A stretch of DNA of 64,000 nt from an uncultured Gammaproteobacteria bacterium (GCA_943788815.1 CALSRS010000002.1:230636-294635), one strand, 5' to 3'; positions 50,743 through 61,463 are shown, numbered from the stretch's first letter. Program-made: numbers and translations. Notes: a model not told the origin generated them from the letters alone.

Positions 50743-53700
50743 TTATTCTTCCCTGCTTAATCGGCGATAATATTCTGCTATAGCGTCCTTATACTCGGTT
50801 GAGATAGGCTCTGCAGCTGCAGAGCGAACATTTTGCGGATCCTTGTTTTTCATTCCAGCATCCAATCTTAGCTCAAGTTGCTCGATCAAGTTTAATGCTG
50901 CCAAGTATTCCTGCTCAATAATTTCGTCATTTTTGCCATTCCCTGAAAATGCAATTTGTTGTTGTAATTGCTGGGTCAAGTCGCGGATTTCATTGATTTC
51001 TTCCAGGCTTAAATCCTGATCTCGTAATTCAGGAATCACATCACGGATAGCCCGGGCGGCCTCATTTAGTTCCTGTCCAAATCGATCCCAGGTGGCGCGA
51101 TCAATAACAGGACCTTCACGGTTGGTATTTCCTTGCCAGACACCACCACCATAAACATTGCCCTGGGCAATATTCTGTCCTGGACTTTCTCCACCTTGTG
51201 ATGAGGACTGTGATGGGTTTTGCGATGGATCGCTTGCCTGATTTGAAGATTCTGATGGTTCCCCGTCCCGGTTCAACTGTTCAAGATCTCTTCTCAGCGA
51301 CCGCGTTTGTGCCAAAGTCTCTCCAAGTTCATCGGTATCTGCCAGTTCTGTTCCATTTGCAACACGATTTGCGTCCTGGAGCATGTCAGTAATGTCGCTT
51401 AAAGCCTGTGTAACTGCACTCTCACTTCCCGCAATGTAGGGCGCCGCTCCGTATGCAATATATTCAGATGCCACATACAATCGTTCTTGTAATTGTGACT
51501 TTCCAATAACTTCCTGTGCTTCGCGGAGATCGGCAATTGCCTCGGGCATACTATCTTCATATTGCTCCACCGATGAGTAAATTGCTTGTTCCAGTCTTTG
51601 TAGACGTTCTGACATCGCTTTCTTTTCTTCAGCAAGCTCAGCTTCTTGAGCAGGTGATAAACCACTTGTCACTTGACCGGTTCGATCACGCTCTGCAAGC
51701 GCACGTCTTACTGCTTGCTGTAATTCCTGCTCCATTTGCATCTGTTCTTCATACAGTTCATTTGCAGAAGCTGCCATATTGTCAAAAGATTCCTGCATAG
51801 ACCGTTGCTGAGTACGGGCCACCTCGTCCCGTGCGCCCTGCAACTGCCTACTGGCCTCCTGTGCTGCACGGTCCAATGCTTCTCTGTCACCCTGGTTTTG
51901 CATTGCCTGGGAAATTTCGTCCATTGCTCTGATGGCACTTTCAAGTCGACGGCTAGTCGCCGATTGACTATTACCTTGACCTCCTTGCTGACCATTCGCA
52001 GCAGATTGCTGTTGCTCACTGCCTGCTTGTGAGGACGAAGACTGTTGGCCTTGCTGCCCTTCTTGGCCTTGCTGCCCCTGCTGAGAATTTTGGGCCATCT
52101 GTTCCATTTGCTCTAGTCGTTGTTGTAATTCTTCTGCTTCTCGTCTTAGCATTTCCTGCTGCCAACGCTGTGCTTCTGTGAGATTATTTTGTTGATGTAA
52201 ATTATTTGCTAATTGCTCCTGTCGACGCGCAAGGTCCTCTAGTTGATCCATGGCATCATCGGCCTGCTGTGTTTGTGCACTAGGTGACGCGGGGCTACCT
52301 GTTTCATACTGGTTTTTCTTAAGGTCCATTTCCAGTTCGAACATCTCAGCCAAATCCTGACCCCCACGTGAACTGCCACCACCTCCCTGTCCTCCCTGGT
52401 TAAACGCCACCTGCATATCAGTGAATACTGCTTCTGCTCTTAACAGGTGCTGAAGAGCCTCCTGTTCAGGTTGGATGGCACTCTCAAGATCAATGGCTTT
52501 GAGATAATCTGATGCAGGCATCATAGCTTCTGCCGCCATCTCCATGTTTTCCACAAATTTATTAATCTGTTCATCTTCGTTTAGTTGTCTTGCACGAGCC
52601 CTCTCAGCCAGGGTCCTGGCCTGTTCTGACAATGTTGACTGCAAGCCTGATAACAGCATTGCATTGTCCTGGGTGGTAGAAGAGATTTCTCCTTTGGACT
52701 CCGTTTTTTCGCGGATCAGGTTCCAGGTGGACACAATGATTTCCTTCTGGCGTTGTGAAATCTCCTGTTGTTCATTTCCACCCTGACCACCTGCGCCGCC
52801 CGTTTGCTGAGACTGCGTATAGCGTCTGTCAAACGGCTGCACCTGTATAAAGTACATGTCGGTGGAAGATTCCTGGTCCCTATCCGATGTTCGAGCATAA
52901 TAGGCCACGAGATCCCCTGCCTGAAGATCTTCCAAAGTAGCAGTATTATCACGACCGGATCTAGCCTGCATGTCCTCCAGGTAGAAGACATGATCTTCAG
53001 AAATCTTTCTACCTTCAATTTCCATGGGAACCGATTGCCATTCACCACCATTGACAGAATAGCGAAGTTCCATAGTCTCCAGAGCATAATCATCACTGGC
53101 TTCTATTTCCACGGTAACTTCTTCAATACTGCTGGCTGTCCAGTCACGGCCAGGTCGATTAATTTTAATCTCTGGTTTTCCATCTTCCATGACACGGATA
53201 AAATAATCTTCGCTGAGCCTGACCAGTTCTCCACCTAATTCAGCCGCTATGTAGTACTGACCATCTTCCAATATTTCAAATGTACCCGTTGCAGTTCGTT
53301 CAATAATATCTAAATCTTGTGATTCACCATTGAGGACCAGAACACCGGATGGTAACGGTGCGTCCGTCAACACCTCCAGTTCAACACTTGTTCCCGCGAT
53401 GGTCTGTATATCGCCACCGGGATCTTTTATATCAGAAGTCCGTTTGGCCCATTCTGGATAATGGTAAGTAAGTTTCAGATTATCGATGTCAGGCAGATCG
53501 ACTACCTGTATCTGATAATCCGGGCTACGTATTCCCGCCGATGTCACATAATATTCAGTCTCTTCACGTATGGAAAAAAAGGTAAACTCAAAGCCCCTAT
53601 CGGTTTGAATCATATCGACTTCCTGCCAGTCCTTGTCGCCCATCTTCACCTGAATGCTCGCACTGGAAGGGTTAAAACCGTTCATTTCCGCCAACAAACG

Positions 53701-54303
53701 GACACTACCACCACGCCTGACTGCTTCATCACCAGGCGTTACTGAAATAGTTTGTGGTGGTAAAAGATTGGAAAATGCCCAACCGCCCCACAAATGCCTG
53801 ACGCCATAATTTAATAGACCGGGACCTGCGATAATCAACCATAAAAAGACCAGGATACAGATGCCAGTAATGACACCAGGAATGGTTAATTCACGTTTCT
53901 GTATGATAGTTTCGGGTGCATTGTTACTCGTAACTACAAGGGTGTCTTCTGCGAGCAAATCTTTTAGAGGGTGACCTGTTTTTAACCCACTGTAGGTTTC
54001 AATCCTTCCCTTAAATTGGTCCGAACGGCGCTCAATTAAACCTGATAAATTTTTGCCAAGTAAGTTTAATGGACGGACAAAATAGAAAAATACGATAGCC
54101 GAGATTGCAATCAGAAGGACTATTCTGCCGGTATTGACAGTATCAGAAGAAAAACCTGTCCTGATAGATAAAAACGCAGTGATGACAGACAGCAATAAGG
54201 CCACAAACACCAATATTGCCGTCCCTCTCAAGATTAAAACTTTCTTTAATCGATTACGATATTGAACGAGTACATGATCGAGCTTTTCAGAAATTAGAGA
54301 CAT
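50743..54303 (-). CDS. Large membrane-anchored protein, DUF4175-like: 3 TMs, beta-rich/Ig-like domains, long Q/E-rich coiled coil
   Basis: N-terminal TMs; DGKPEIKINRPGRD..ASSIEEV...ASDDY; Gln/Gly/Ser linkers; C-terminal EYKDAIAEYYRRL. Confidence 0.7.
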   Translation of the reverse strand: MSLISEKLDHVLVQYRNRLKKVLILRGTAILVFVALLLSVITAFLSIRTGFSSDTVNTGRIVLLIAISAIVFFYFVRPLNLLGKNLSGLIERRSDQFKGRIETYSGLKTGHPLKDLLAEDTLVVTSNNAPETIIQKRELTIPGVITGICILVFLWLIIAGPGLLNYGVRHLWGGWAFSNLLPPQTISVTPGDEAVRRGGSVRLLAEMNGFNPSSASIQVKMGDKDWQEVDMIQTDRGFEFTFFSIREETEYYVTSAGIRSPDYQIQVVDLPDIDNLKLTYHYPEWAKRTSDIKDPGGDIQTIAGTSVELEVLTDAPLPSGVLVLNGESQDLDIIERTATGTFEILEDGQYYIAAELGGELVRLSEDYFIRVMEDGKPEIKINRPGRDWTASSIEEVTVEIEASDDYALETMELRYSVNGGEWQSVPMEIEGRKISEDHVFYLEDMQARSGRDNTATLEDLQAGDLVAYYARTSDRDQESSTDMYFIQVQPFDRRYTQSQQTGGAGGQGGNEQQEISQRQKEIIVSTWNLIREKTESKGEISSTTQDNAMLLSGLQSTLSEQARTLAERARARQLNEDEQINKFVENMEMAAEAMMPASDYLKAIDLESAIQPEQEALQHLLRAEAVFTDMQVAFNQGGQGGGGSSRGGQDLAEMFELEMDLKKNQYETGSPASPSAQTQQADDAMDQLEDLARRQEQLANNLHQQNNLTEAQRWQQEMLRREAEELQQRLEQMEQMAQNSQQGQQGQEGQQGQQSSSSQAGSEQQQSAANGQQGGQGNSQSATSRRLESAIRAMDEISQAMQNQGDREALDRAAQEASRQLQGARDEVARTQQRSMQESFDNMAASANELYEEQMQMEQELQQAVRRALAERDRTGQVTSGLSPAQEAELAEEKKAMSERLQRLEQAIYSSVEQYEDSMPEAIADLREAQEVIGKSQLQERLYVASEYIAYGAAPYIAGSESAVTQALSDITDMLQDANRVANGTELADTDELGETLAQTRSLRRDLEQLNRDGEPSESSNQASDPSQNPSQSSSQGGESPGQNIAQGNVYGGGVWQGNTNREGPVIDRATWDRFGQELNEAARAIRDVIPELRDQDLSLEEINEIRDLTQQLQQQIAFSGNGKNDEIIEQEYLAALNLIEQLELRLDAGMKNKDPQNVRSAAAEPISTEYKDAIAEYYRRLSREE
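52045..52077. repeat. In-frame direct repeat (TTGGCCTTGCTGCCC x2, 18-bp period) encoding GQQGQ units
   Basis: Copies at 52045-52059 and 52063-52077. Confidence 0.6.
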
Positions 54304-56297
54304 CAGGTATAACCTCTACGGGCCCCAAGATAATGGTTTCCAATAATCGATTCTATCAGCACAATAACTCCCATCAACACTAACAGTATATGCCATAATT
54401 CTATTGAATCCTGCTGAATATTAATGGGACCTGAATCAGATACACTTACCTGTGGGGCTGAAAGGGCATCCCTCCAGGCCGAAATTGCCTCTATAGTCAT
54501 AAAAGAAGGCTCAGATTCCCTGACATCCGGGTTAACAGCCACCAATGTTTCAGTATCAGAGGTATAGATCTCATAAAATCCCGTCAGGTTCAATTTAATG
54601 TCCTGACTGCGGTGAGTTTCTGCGAGAGATAGTAGATTTGCTCCTTGTGGGTCAATGACCTGTCCTGCAGAAGATCCAGACTGGACCAACTGCAGATAAT
54701 CTCCAGCTACCTGGTTCTGTATTAATTTTTGGTCTCCAGATAGATACTTCCCGGCTTCTGCTACGAAGTTTACAAATACCGGTCTTACTGGCAGGTCATT
54801 CTGCCTGTTATCAAGACTGGTGCTCAGCAGTAAAACCCTACCCGTACCAAATTTTTTCTCAATCACCAAGGGCGAACCATCCTCCAGGGTAACAATAACA
54901 TCAGCATTGTTTCCAACGTCCAGACCCAAAAAACGAGTAACATTGATATCTCGCCACCCACTTGTTTCTGCGAGTGCAGGATGACTAAGATCAATAGCCG
55001 ATACTGTATAGGGTGCAGTGATATCCGACGCTAAGCGATCGGCTGATACGTCAAAATTAACTACTGGAATTGTATTTTTTTCTGCTGCCCTGGTACCCAG
55101 TGCAGCAAAAATAGCACCCCCATTGTTTAAATACTCAGTAATCACAGGTTCTAATGTTTCGTTCACTAATCCCAGATCATCTATCAAGATCCATGGATAC
55201 CGTTTTATTATTCGCGGATCCAGTTCATTAATCCTCACGGCTTCTATACGATAGCCTTGTTGCCCAGATTCCACAGCAGCTGTTAGATATTTCACAGACA
55301 GGGCATCAGTATTTTCAGTCAACAGTAAAACTGGCTTAGGAGGTGTATTGTCAAGAACGTAATATCGAATATTGTCTTCATCCAGAGAATCATCATTCAA
55401 ATACTTCGCCACCAAACGGTTTTCGCCTTCTGGAATCTCATCAATTGAGAATTCAAATATCGTTAAACCTGTATCTGATAATGCTAAAGTTTCCTGGTTA
55501 ATACTTTCACCATTAAGCATTATTTCAACACTACCTTCTGCTCCATCATTCTGATAGGTCCTTACTGCGACTTCGATCCCATTTTCAGTATGTACCACGG
55601 TATCGATATAGGCATTCACCGCATTATCCTGGCTAATTTGATGTAAATTCAAGACCCTTAAATTAGTCTTCAATGCATCGGGCACCAGTTCAGAAAACTT
55701 TGATGGTAAGGCGCTTTCCTGAAAATCACTGATTAAATGGAGCTCTACCGTCTGTTCTATCTCGCTTACCAATTGGTCTATAGACGCAATGACATTACCC
55801 ATTTCTAACCTACCAAACCCGGGTTGCAAGCGCCCCAACACTTGATCAAAATCGAAATTAATCCCCGCGGGGTCCATGAGAACTTCAATAGTATTACTCG
55901 CTGCTATTAGTTGAGCAGCGTCATCTGCTTCCAATTCATTTAAAATTTCAGATACTTTTCCCATCGCCTGATTAAACTGGTCTGAATATTTCATGGAGAA
56001 CGATGTATCAATTACAATCATATGTAGGATGGCGCCCTCACCACCTGCTATAACTGGCGGCCGACTAATCAGAGGTTTTGCAAACGCAAATATTAGTAAG
56101 CCAAGGAATCCTATACGCAAAGCCATTAATAACAAATATTTGAGTTTCTTTTGAATTAAGGTTCGCTTACTGTGCTCCAGCAACATGGCAGAAGGAAACG
56201 CATGTCGTTCAGGATTTAATGTATTCATCCTGTGCAGCCATATCGGCAATGCAATAGAGAAAAGACCGAGCAAAAATAATGGCGCAATAAGACTCAT
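54303..56297 (-). CDS. BatA-type double-TM / VWA domain membrane protein
   Basis: ALPIWLH...FPSAMLL...LLLMALR...FAKP N-terminus; MIDAS DTSFS; ISDFQ; C-terminal TM ELWHILL. Confidence 0.85.
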   Translation of the reverse strand: MSLIAPLFLLGLFSIALPIWLHRMNTLNPERHAFPSAMLLEHSKRTLIQKKLKYLLLMALRIGFLGLLIFAFAKPLISRPPVIAGGEGAILHMIVIDTSFSMKYSDQFNQAMGKVSEILNELEADDAAQLIAASNTIEVLMDPAGINFDFDQVLGRLQPGFGRLEMGNVIASIDQLVSEIEQTVELHLISDFQESALPSKFSELVPDALKTNLRVLNLHQISQDNAVNAYIDTVVHTENGIEVAVRTYQNDGAEGSVEIMLNGESINQETLALSDTGLTIFEFSIDEIPEGENRLVAKYLNDDSLDEDNIRYYVLDNTPPKPVLLLTENTDALSVKYLTAAVESGQQGYRIEAVRINELDPRIIKRYPWILIDDLGLVNETLEPVITEYLNNGGAIFAALGTRAAEKNTIPVVNFDVSADRLASDITAPYTVSAIDLSHPALAETSGWRDINVTRFLGLDVGNNADVIVTLEDGSPLVIEKKFGTGRVLLLSTSLDNRQNDLPVRPVFVNFVAEAGKYLSGDQKLIQNQVAGDYLQLVQSGSSAGQVIDPQGANLLSLAETHRSQDIKLNLTGFYEIYTSDTETLVAVNPDVRESEPSFMTIEAISAWRDALSAPQVSVSDSGPINIQQDSIELWHILLVLMGVIVLIESIIGNHYLGARRGYT

Positions 56298-56299
56298 AA

Positions 56300-57211
56300 T
56301 TATCTTCGTCTTTGCCTGAACATTAGATAGTTACGAAGAGCCTGATCCAGTGGTTCTGATGTATTCACGAGCACATGATCAGCCCCGACACTCTGAGCTG
56401 CTTCATTTATCGATAAAATATGGTCCTGGATTATTTCAGGATAACGATCACGGATAAATTTTCTGGACACTTCCAGTGTTTCGCCAGTTTCAAGATCTTC
56501 AATTAAAACATCATCTTTAAAACCTGGATTAAGTTCACCCGGGTCAAGTAATTGAAATAAAATAATATCCTGACCTTTGAACGCAAGCGGTCTGACATTC
56601 TCAATCATTTCTTGTGCGTTACTATAAAAATCTGAAATCACTACAACCATGCCTCGCCGTTTCGAATATTCACTAAAGTGTTGAAATGGTTTGCCCAGAT
56701 CAGTTCCATGCGATGCTTCAGCCTTATCTATGGCATGTAATACTCCCATCAACCTGCCGCTTCGGGTTGATGGCGCCCGGTACTCAACGATACCTTCATC
56801 AAAGATAATACAACCAACAGCATCATGCTGTTGTGATGCCATAAAAGCCAGACTGGCCGCCAGGTATTTTCCATACTGAAACTTGTTGATATCTGTCGAA
56901 CCGTAAGACATGGAAGCACTGGAATCCAGTAGCAACATCATATGACTATTGGTTTCTCCCAGATATCGTTTGATGTAGGTTTTTTCACTTCTGGCGTAAA
57001 CATTCCAGTCCACATATCTCAGGTCGTCTCCTTCTACATATGGGCGATATTCTGCAAATTCCTGACTGAACCCAAATTGAGGTGAACGATGCAATCCAAT
57101 TAAAAACCCTTCCACAACTGCCCGTGCCACCAGTTCAAGGTTAGACAGTCCTGCCAATACATCTGGTTGTAATAAGCGGGCAGGTCCTGATTTAGGTAGT
57201 GTTGAATTCAC
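56300..57211 (-). CDS. DUF58 / VWA protein (MoxR partner)
   Basis: GLHRSPQFGFSQEFAEYRPYVEGDDLRYVDWNVYAR, DSSAS and ISDF. Confidence 0.92.
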   Translation of the reverse strand: MNSTLPKSGPARLLQPDVLAGLSNLELVARAVVEGFLIGLHRSPQFGFSQEFAEYRPYVEGDDLRYVDWNVYARSEKTYIKRYLGETNSHMMLLLDSSASMSYGSTDINKFQYGKYLAASLAFMASQQHDAVGCIIFDEGIVEYRAPSTRSGRLMGVLHAIDKAEASHGTDLGKPFQHFSEYSKRRGMVVVISDFYSNAQEMIENVRPLAFKGQDIILFQLLDPGELNPGFKDDVLIEDLETGETLEVSRKFIRDRYPEIIQDHILSINEAAQSVGADHVLVNTSEPLDQALRNYLMFRQRRR

Positions 57212-57215
57212 GGTT

Positions 57216-58241
57216 TCAGGACTTCACATGATCCAGCATAGAACGTAAAACGTCATCTACAGTCGTACCATCGGATTCAGCGTGGTAATTAGTAAGCACT
57301 CTGTGTCTTAGTACCGGCAATGCAGTTGCAGCGATATCATCATTACTGACATGATAGCGACCTTGTAACAAGGCATTCGCCTTGGCTGCTAGTGTCAGAA
57401 ACATGGTCGCCCTGACGCTGGCACCAAAATTAACGTATTTCCTCACAGCATCGGGGGCAGCCGGATCTTGGGGACGTGTCGCCCTCACGAGATTGACCGC
57501 GTACCGGTTAACTGAATCAGATACTGGAACCTGTCTAACCAACCATTGGAATTTGAGGATATCTTCTGCATTGGTGCAGACATCTACCTCAGGCATATCT
57601 ACACGAGTGGTGTAACGGTTTACAACGGCCAGTTCATCATCACCGCTTAAATAGTCCAGTACTACATTAAATAAAAACCGGTCCAATTGTGCTTCAGGTA
57701 ATGGATAGGTGCCTTCCAGTTCAATGGGATTTTGGGTTGCCAGCACCAGAAACGGAGGATCCAATGTATGGATTTTACCTCTCACCGTTACTGACTTTTC
57801 CTGCATGGCCTCAAGCAGGGCTGACTGGGTCTTGGGTGGTGTTCGATTGATCTCATCCGCAAGCAGTACGTTAGCAAAAATAGGACCCGGGACAAATGTC
57901 CAGGTTTTGTGACCAGTGGTTGAATCCTCTTCAATAATATCCGTTCCAGTCACATCCGTAGGCATTAAGTCTGGCGTAAACTGAATACGTTTATAGCTCA
58001 GGCCCAATGCATTCGCCAGCGTTCTTACCAATAGTGTCTTTGCCGTGCCTGGCATACCGGTGATCAGGCAATGTCCACCGACCAGTAAGGTAGTTAGCAA
58101 ATTTTCAACTACTTCGTCCTGTCCAACAATGACCTTACGTACCTCAACCCGGATACGATCCATGGTAGATCTGAAGGACTCAACCAGTGGTCTGACCTCT
58201 TCTGAATCCAGCGCCCCCGAATTTATATTATCTTCTGACAT
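57216..58241 (-). CDS. moxR: MoxR-family AAA+ ATPase
   Basis: IVGQ, GMPGTAKT, RIQFTPDLMPTD, LADEINRTPPKTQSALLEAM and ATQNPIELEGTYPLPEAQLDRF. Confidence 0.95.
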   Translation of the reverse strand: MSEDNINSGALDSEEVRPLVESFRSTMDRIRVEVRKVIVGQDEVVENLLTTLLVGGHCLITGMPGTAKTLLVRTLANALGLSYKRIQFTPDLMPTDVTGTDIIEEDSTTGHKTWTFVPGPIFANVLLADEINRTPPKTQSALLEAMQEKSVTVRGKIHTLDPPFLVLATQNPIELEGTYPLPEAQLDRFLFNVVLDYLSGDDELAVVNRYTTRVDMPEVDVCTNAEDILKFQWLVRQVPVSDSVNRYAVNLVRATRPQDPAAPDAVRKYVNFGASVRATMFLTLAAKANALLQGRYHVSNDDIAATALPVLRHRVLTNYHAESDGTTVDDVLRSMLDHVKS

Positions 58242-58263
58242 GAGTTTTCAAATCTCCTTATCG

Positions 58264-60567
58264 TTATTGAGTTCTTGTTGTTTCTAATAATAATTTTTGT
58301 GCAGGCCGATAATGCGGTGCAATTTCAAGTGCAGACAATACATTTTTTCTGGCATCATCATATTGCTGTAAAAAATAATTGGCATTTGCAATGCGGTAAA
58401 AAGCTGCCGCCTTGTCATGGGGTTCCATCGCCAGAGCAACCTTGTACTCTGTTAATGCCAGAGTATAGTCACCTTCCTCCAGCAACCAGTCTCCCAGTGT
58501 ACTATGCAATTCAACATCAAATGGATCAACCATGTTTAAGGAATCAAGTACGTCAATTGCCTCTGTTTTCCTGTCTCTATGATATAACTTATTTGCTAAC
58601 AACCAGATTGCTTCGGGGGCGTATCCCCCATTTTGCCAGTACTCATGTAAAGTATTTAATTCGGCATTGTCATCACCAAGCTTGGAGTGTGCCCTTGCCA
58701 TGAATAGAAATGGGCTATCACTTTCCACATACTCCGGGAAAATCTCAATTGCATCACCCGCTGCCTTCAATGTGTCCTGCCATTTCTCTTCAGCAAGTGC
58801 CTTAACGGCTCGCTGATGGAGTGTTTTCCATTGACCCAGATGACCTAGCAAATCACCAAACTCCTCGAAGATGAAATCATCAAACCGTTCATCAAATTCT
58901 TCAGGAGTAATGCCAAGCACACGTCTGACTGTTTGACCTGTATCAATACCATTTTTAAATTCAGCTAACATCCCCACAATCTTGTCAAAACCAAATTCAC
59001 GCGCAACGAATTCACATACCAAACCCGCCTGCATATAAGAAACGATAACCTGTTCGTCATAACTGGGACGGATGAAGCCGCCATCTAATTCAGCAATGGG
59101 CAGAAATTTGTCATCGGCCATTGCATCGAGCACATTGACAGGTATTCTGATTCCCTTAATAGGTCCATACCGCCACTCCTCAAAAACAGAAATTCCCTCA
59201 CTGTACCACCGGGGAATCAGATGATCAGTTGCCTCCAAAGTGAATACATGCGCCAGTTCATGCCAAAATGTTGTTCCCCAATGGTACTCATTATCAGGAT
59301 GATCTGTGGGTGAATCCATTGCGAACAAATAACCAAACGTTGCACCAAGAATGCCAACACCAGGCATACCGATAGTACGCACAACGAAATCATCATGATT
59401 AGGATAAATTTCAATTATCACTGGCTCTTTTAAATCAAATTGGTATCGCTTGGTAAATTCTCTGATGCCCTGTTCCGCCAGTTTTTCTGCATAGGGTCTC
59501 AGTACACCACTCTCATCCTTATGAAGACGAAAAGTAATCCTCGGAAAAGTATTTTCAGTTGGGACCTCAGGAATATTAATTAAATCATAGTCATCAAATG
59601 TATCTAGCAACCTCAACGAATTTACAGTCTTGGGATTATATGGATCACCGCCATAGGCAATTTCCAGATGCTGTCTGGCCCTGGTCACCTGATTATCTCT
59701 TAACAAATTAATCCCCAGTTCCATATGCGCAACCCAGTGGTCTGGCTCTATCTCAACAGCCGTGCTGAACAATTCAATCGCTTCACGATAACGCCGTGAT
59801 ATCCAGAAAAAATAACCAGGAATTGCGTAAATATCGCCGTAACCGGGACTCATTTCCAGGGCCCTGGTGATCCATTCCGACTCGGACTCTCCCTCCAGCA
59901 AGTCCATACTGGCAAATAAAGCAAAGACCTCCAGTGGCGGTATCTCATTTTCCTGGGCAAGCGTTTCAGCCTCATTGAGTAATTCCACAGCCTTAAACAT
60001 CTCTGTTGCTTCCATCGCCATACGGGCGAGTAATAAAAACGCCTGATAGCGCGCACCTGCGGCAGCATTCTCGTTATTTAGGACCTGATCAATATATTTT
60101 CTGGCATCTGATTCAAACCGTTCTACCAAGGCCTTGGCTGCACCAATCTGAGCAAAGCTATTATCGGGTTCATGTAATAAGGCTTCCTGAAAAAGCTCTA
60201 ATGCAGTCTGGTATTGATAGGTTTGCATAAATAATTCACCCCAACGTACTCTCATCAGGGCATTTTCAGGATCAGATTTAACCGCATTTTGAAACAGGGT
60301 ATTGGCATTTTTTATATCACCAATTGCCCAACTACTCTCAGCCTGGACCAACATGTCAGCTGAGGAAGAAATTAATTGCCGGTAACATTGTCGAGCCTGT
60401 ATGCGTTCTCCACGAAAATGTAAATCATCACACTGATCTAATTCGGGATTTGACAGGGCACCGTAATGAATAGCACGTGCCGTTGCCTCATTTGCAAGAA
60501 CCAATACCCACGTAAATAATAGTGCTGTAGTCGAATATCGGATAAACATGGACACCCGGGATATCAT
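58264..60567 (-). CDS. Exported TPR-repeat protein with a central HExxH zinc-peptidase (gluzincin-like) domain
   Basis: Signal-like N-terminus; TPR-like repeats on both sides of FWHELAHVF...PRWYSEGIS. Confidence 0.8.
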   Translation of the reverse strand: MISRVSMFIRYSTTALLFTWVLVLANEATARAIHYGALSNPELDQCDDLHFRGERIQARQCYRQLISSSADMLVQAESSWAIGDIKNANTLFQNAVKSDPENALMRVRWGELFMQTYQYQTALELFQEALLHEPDNSFAQIGAAKALVERFESDARKYIDQVLNNENAAAGARYQAFLLLARMAMEATEMFKAVELLNEAETLAQENEIPPLEVFALFASMDLLEGESESEWITRALEMSPGYGDIYAIPGYFFWISRRYREAIELFSTAVEIEPDHWVAHMELGINLLRDNQVTRARQHLEIAYGGDPYNPKTVNSLRLLDTFDDYDLINIPEVPTENTFPRITFRLHKDESGVLRPYAEKLAEQGIREFTKRYQFDLKEPVIIEIYPNHDDFVVRTIGMPGVGILGATFGYLFAMDSPTDHPDNEYHWGTTFWHELAHVFTLEATDHLIPRWYSEGISVFEEWRYGPIKGIRIPVNVLDAMADDKFLPIAELDGGFIRPSYDEQVIVSYMQAGLVCEFVAREFGFDKIVGMLAEFKNGIDTGQTVRRVLGITPEEFDERFDDFIFEEFGDLLGHLGQWKTLHQRAVKALAEEKWQDTLKAAGDAIEIFPEYVESDSPFLFMARAHSKLGDDNAELNTLHEYWQNGGYAPEAIWLLANKLYHRDRKTEAIDVLDSLNMVDPFDVELHSTLGDWLLEEGDYTLALTEYKVALAMEPHDKAAAFYRIANANYFLQQYDDARKNVLSALEIAPHYRPAQKLLLETTRTQ

Positions 60568-61463
60568 TCCTGATTTTCTCCACTTATTTGATCTATTTTT
60601 TCCTGTACTGTGGAGAGATCAATCATCAATATCTGTAACTGGCTTAGAAATTCATCCTGCAACAATTCACCTTTCTTAAGTTGCAGTTCTTCGATTTTAA
60701 TATCAATTTCACCACGCTCTGTAAGAAATTTTGTTAATTCAGGATTTTCATCCTCTGTTCTGTCTCTTAGTAATCGAGCAATTACAAATTGGCCTGCGTA
60801 ATCACCAGATAATTGAGGGTGTTCTGTTGCAAGTTGACCTTGGTCTTCAAAGTAATCCGTGACCATTCGTTCAGCGTAATCAAACGCCTCCTTTACAGTA
60901 ATTGCATTATTTTTATTAATATCTGCAGCGCTATTCTCTATGGCCTCAAAGAAGTAAGCACCAAACCTGGTAGCAAGCCTTTCATTTCCATTTCGAGTTG
61001 CAGTAATGACCACTCGATCTTCGTTCTTCAATTGCTCATTAATAGCGCCACTGGCACTACTGGTATTCACCAACAACTGAACCTTCGCTGGCAATGCATT
61101 CATAACATCCTTAATATGTTTACCAGTTATATCGGGCCCCGGGATATTAAATTTATATTCAAAACCGTCATAGCTCCCATGCCCTATTAGAAACACTGCA
61201 ATTCGATCTTCGTGTGTCATTGTTGATGCTAATTGACTGAAATGATCAAGAATTGATTCTCTTGTAGCGTCCTCCCCGGAAAAATATCGAATCAACGGGT
61301 TTTGGGTTACAGACTCCGAAGCAATATTTACACGGCGAGCCTGTTCAGAAAACTGCTGAGCATAGTCACTGGTTCCATCCAGCCCTTGAATTATTGTGAT
61401 GTGGAGTTCTGCAGACGTCATTAACGGCAACATCAAAACTAGCGATAGAATTACACGACTCAT
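60564..61463 (-). CDS. Exported caspase/legumain-fold (C13-like) protein; Ser at the catalytic Cys position
   Basis: Probable start at 61463 (TGATG overlap) gives a signal peptide MSRVILSLVLMLPLMTSA; motifs FLIGHGS, LLVNTSSASG, VITAT, ADINKNNAITVKEAFDYA and EHPQL. Confidence 0.6.
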   Translation of the reverse strand: MSRVILSLVLMLPLMTSAELHITIIQGLDGTSDYAQQFSEQARRVNIASESVTQNPLIRYFSGEDATRESILDHFSQLASTMTHEDRIAVFLIGHGSYDGFEYKFNIPGPDITGKHIKDVMNALPAKVQLLVNTSSASGAINEQLKNEDRVVITATRNGNERLATRFGAYFFEAIENSAADINKNNAITVKEAFDYAERMVTDYFEDQGQLATEHPQLSGDYAGQFVIARLLRDRTEDENPELTKFLTERGEIDIKIEELQLKKGELLQDEFLSQLQILMIDLSTVQEKIDQISGENQE

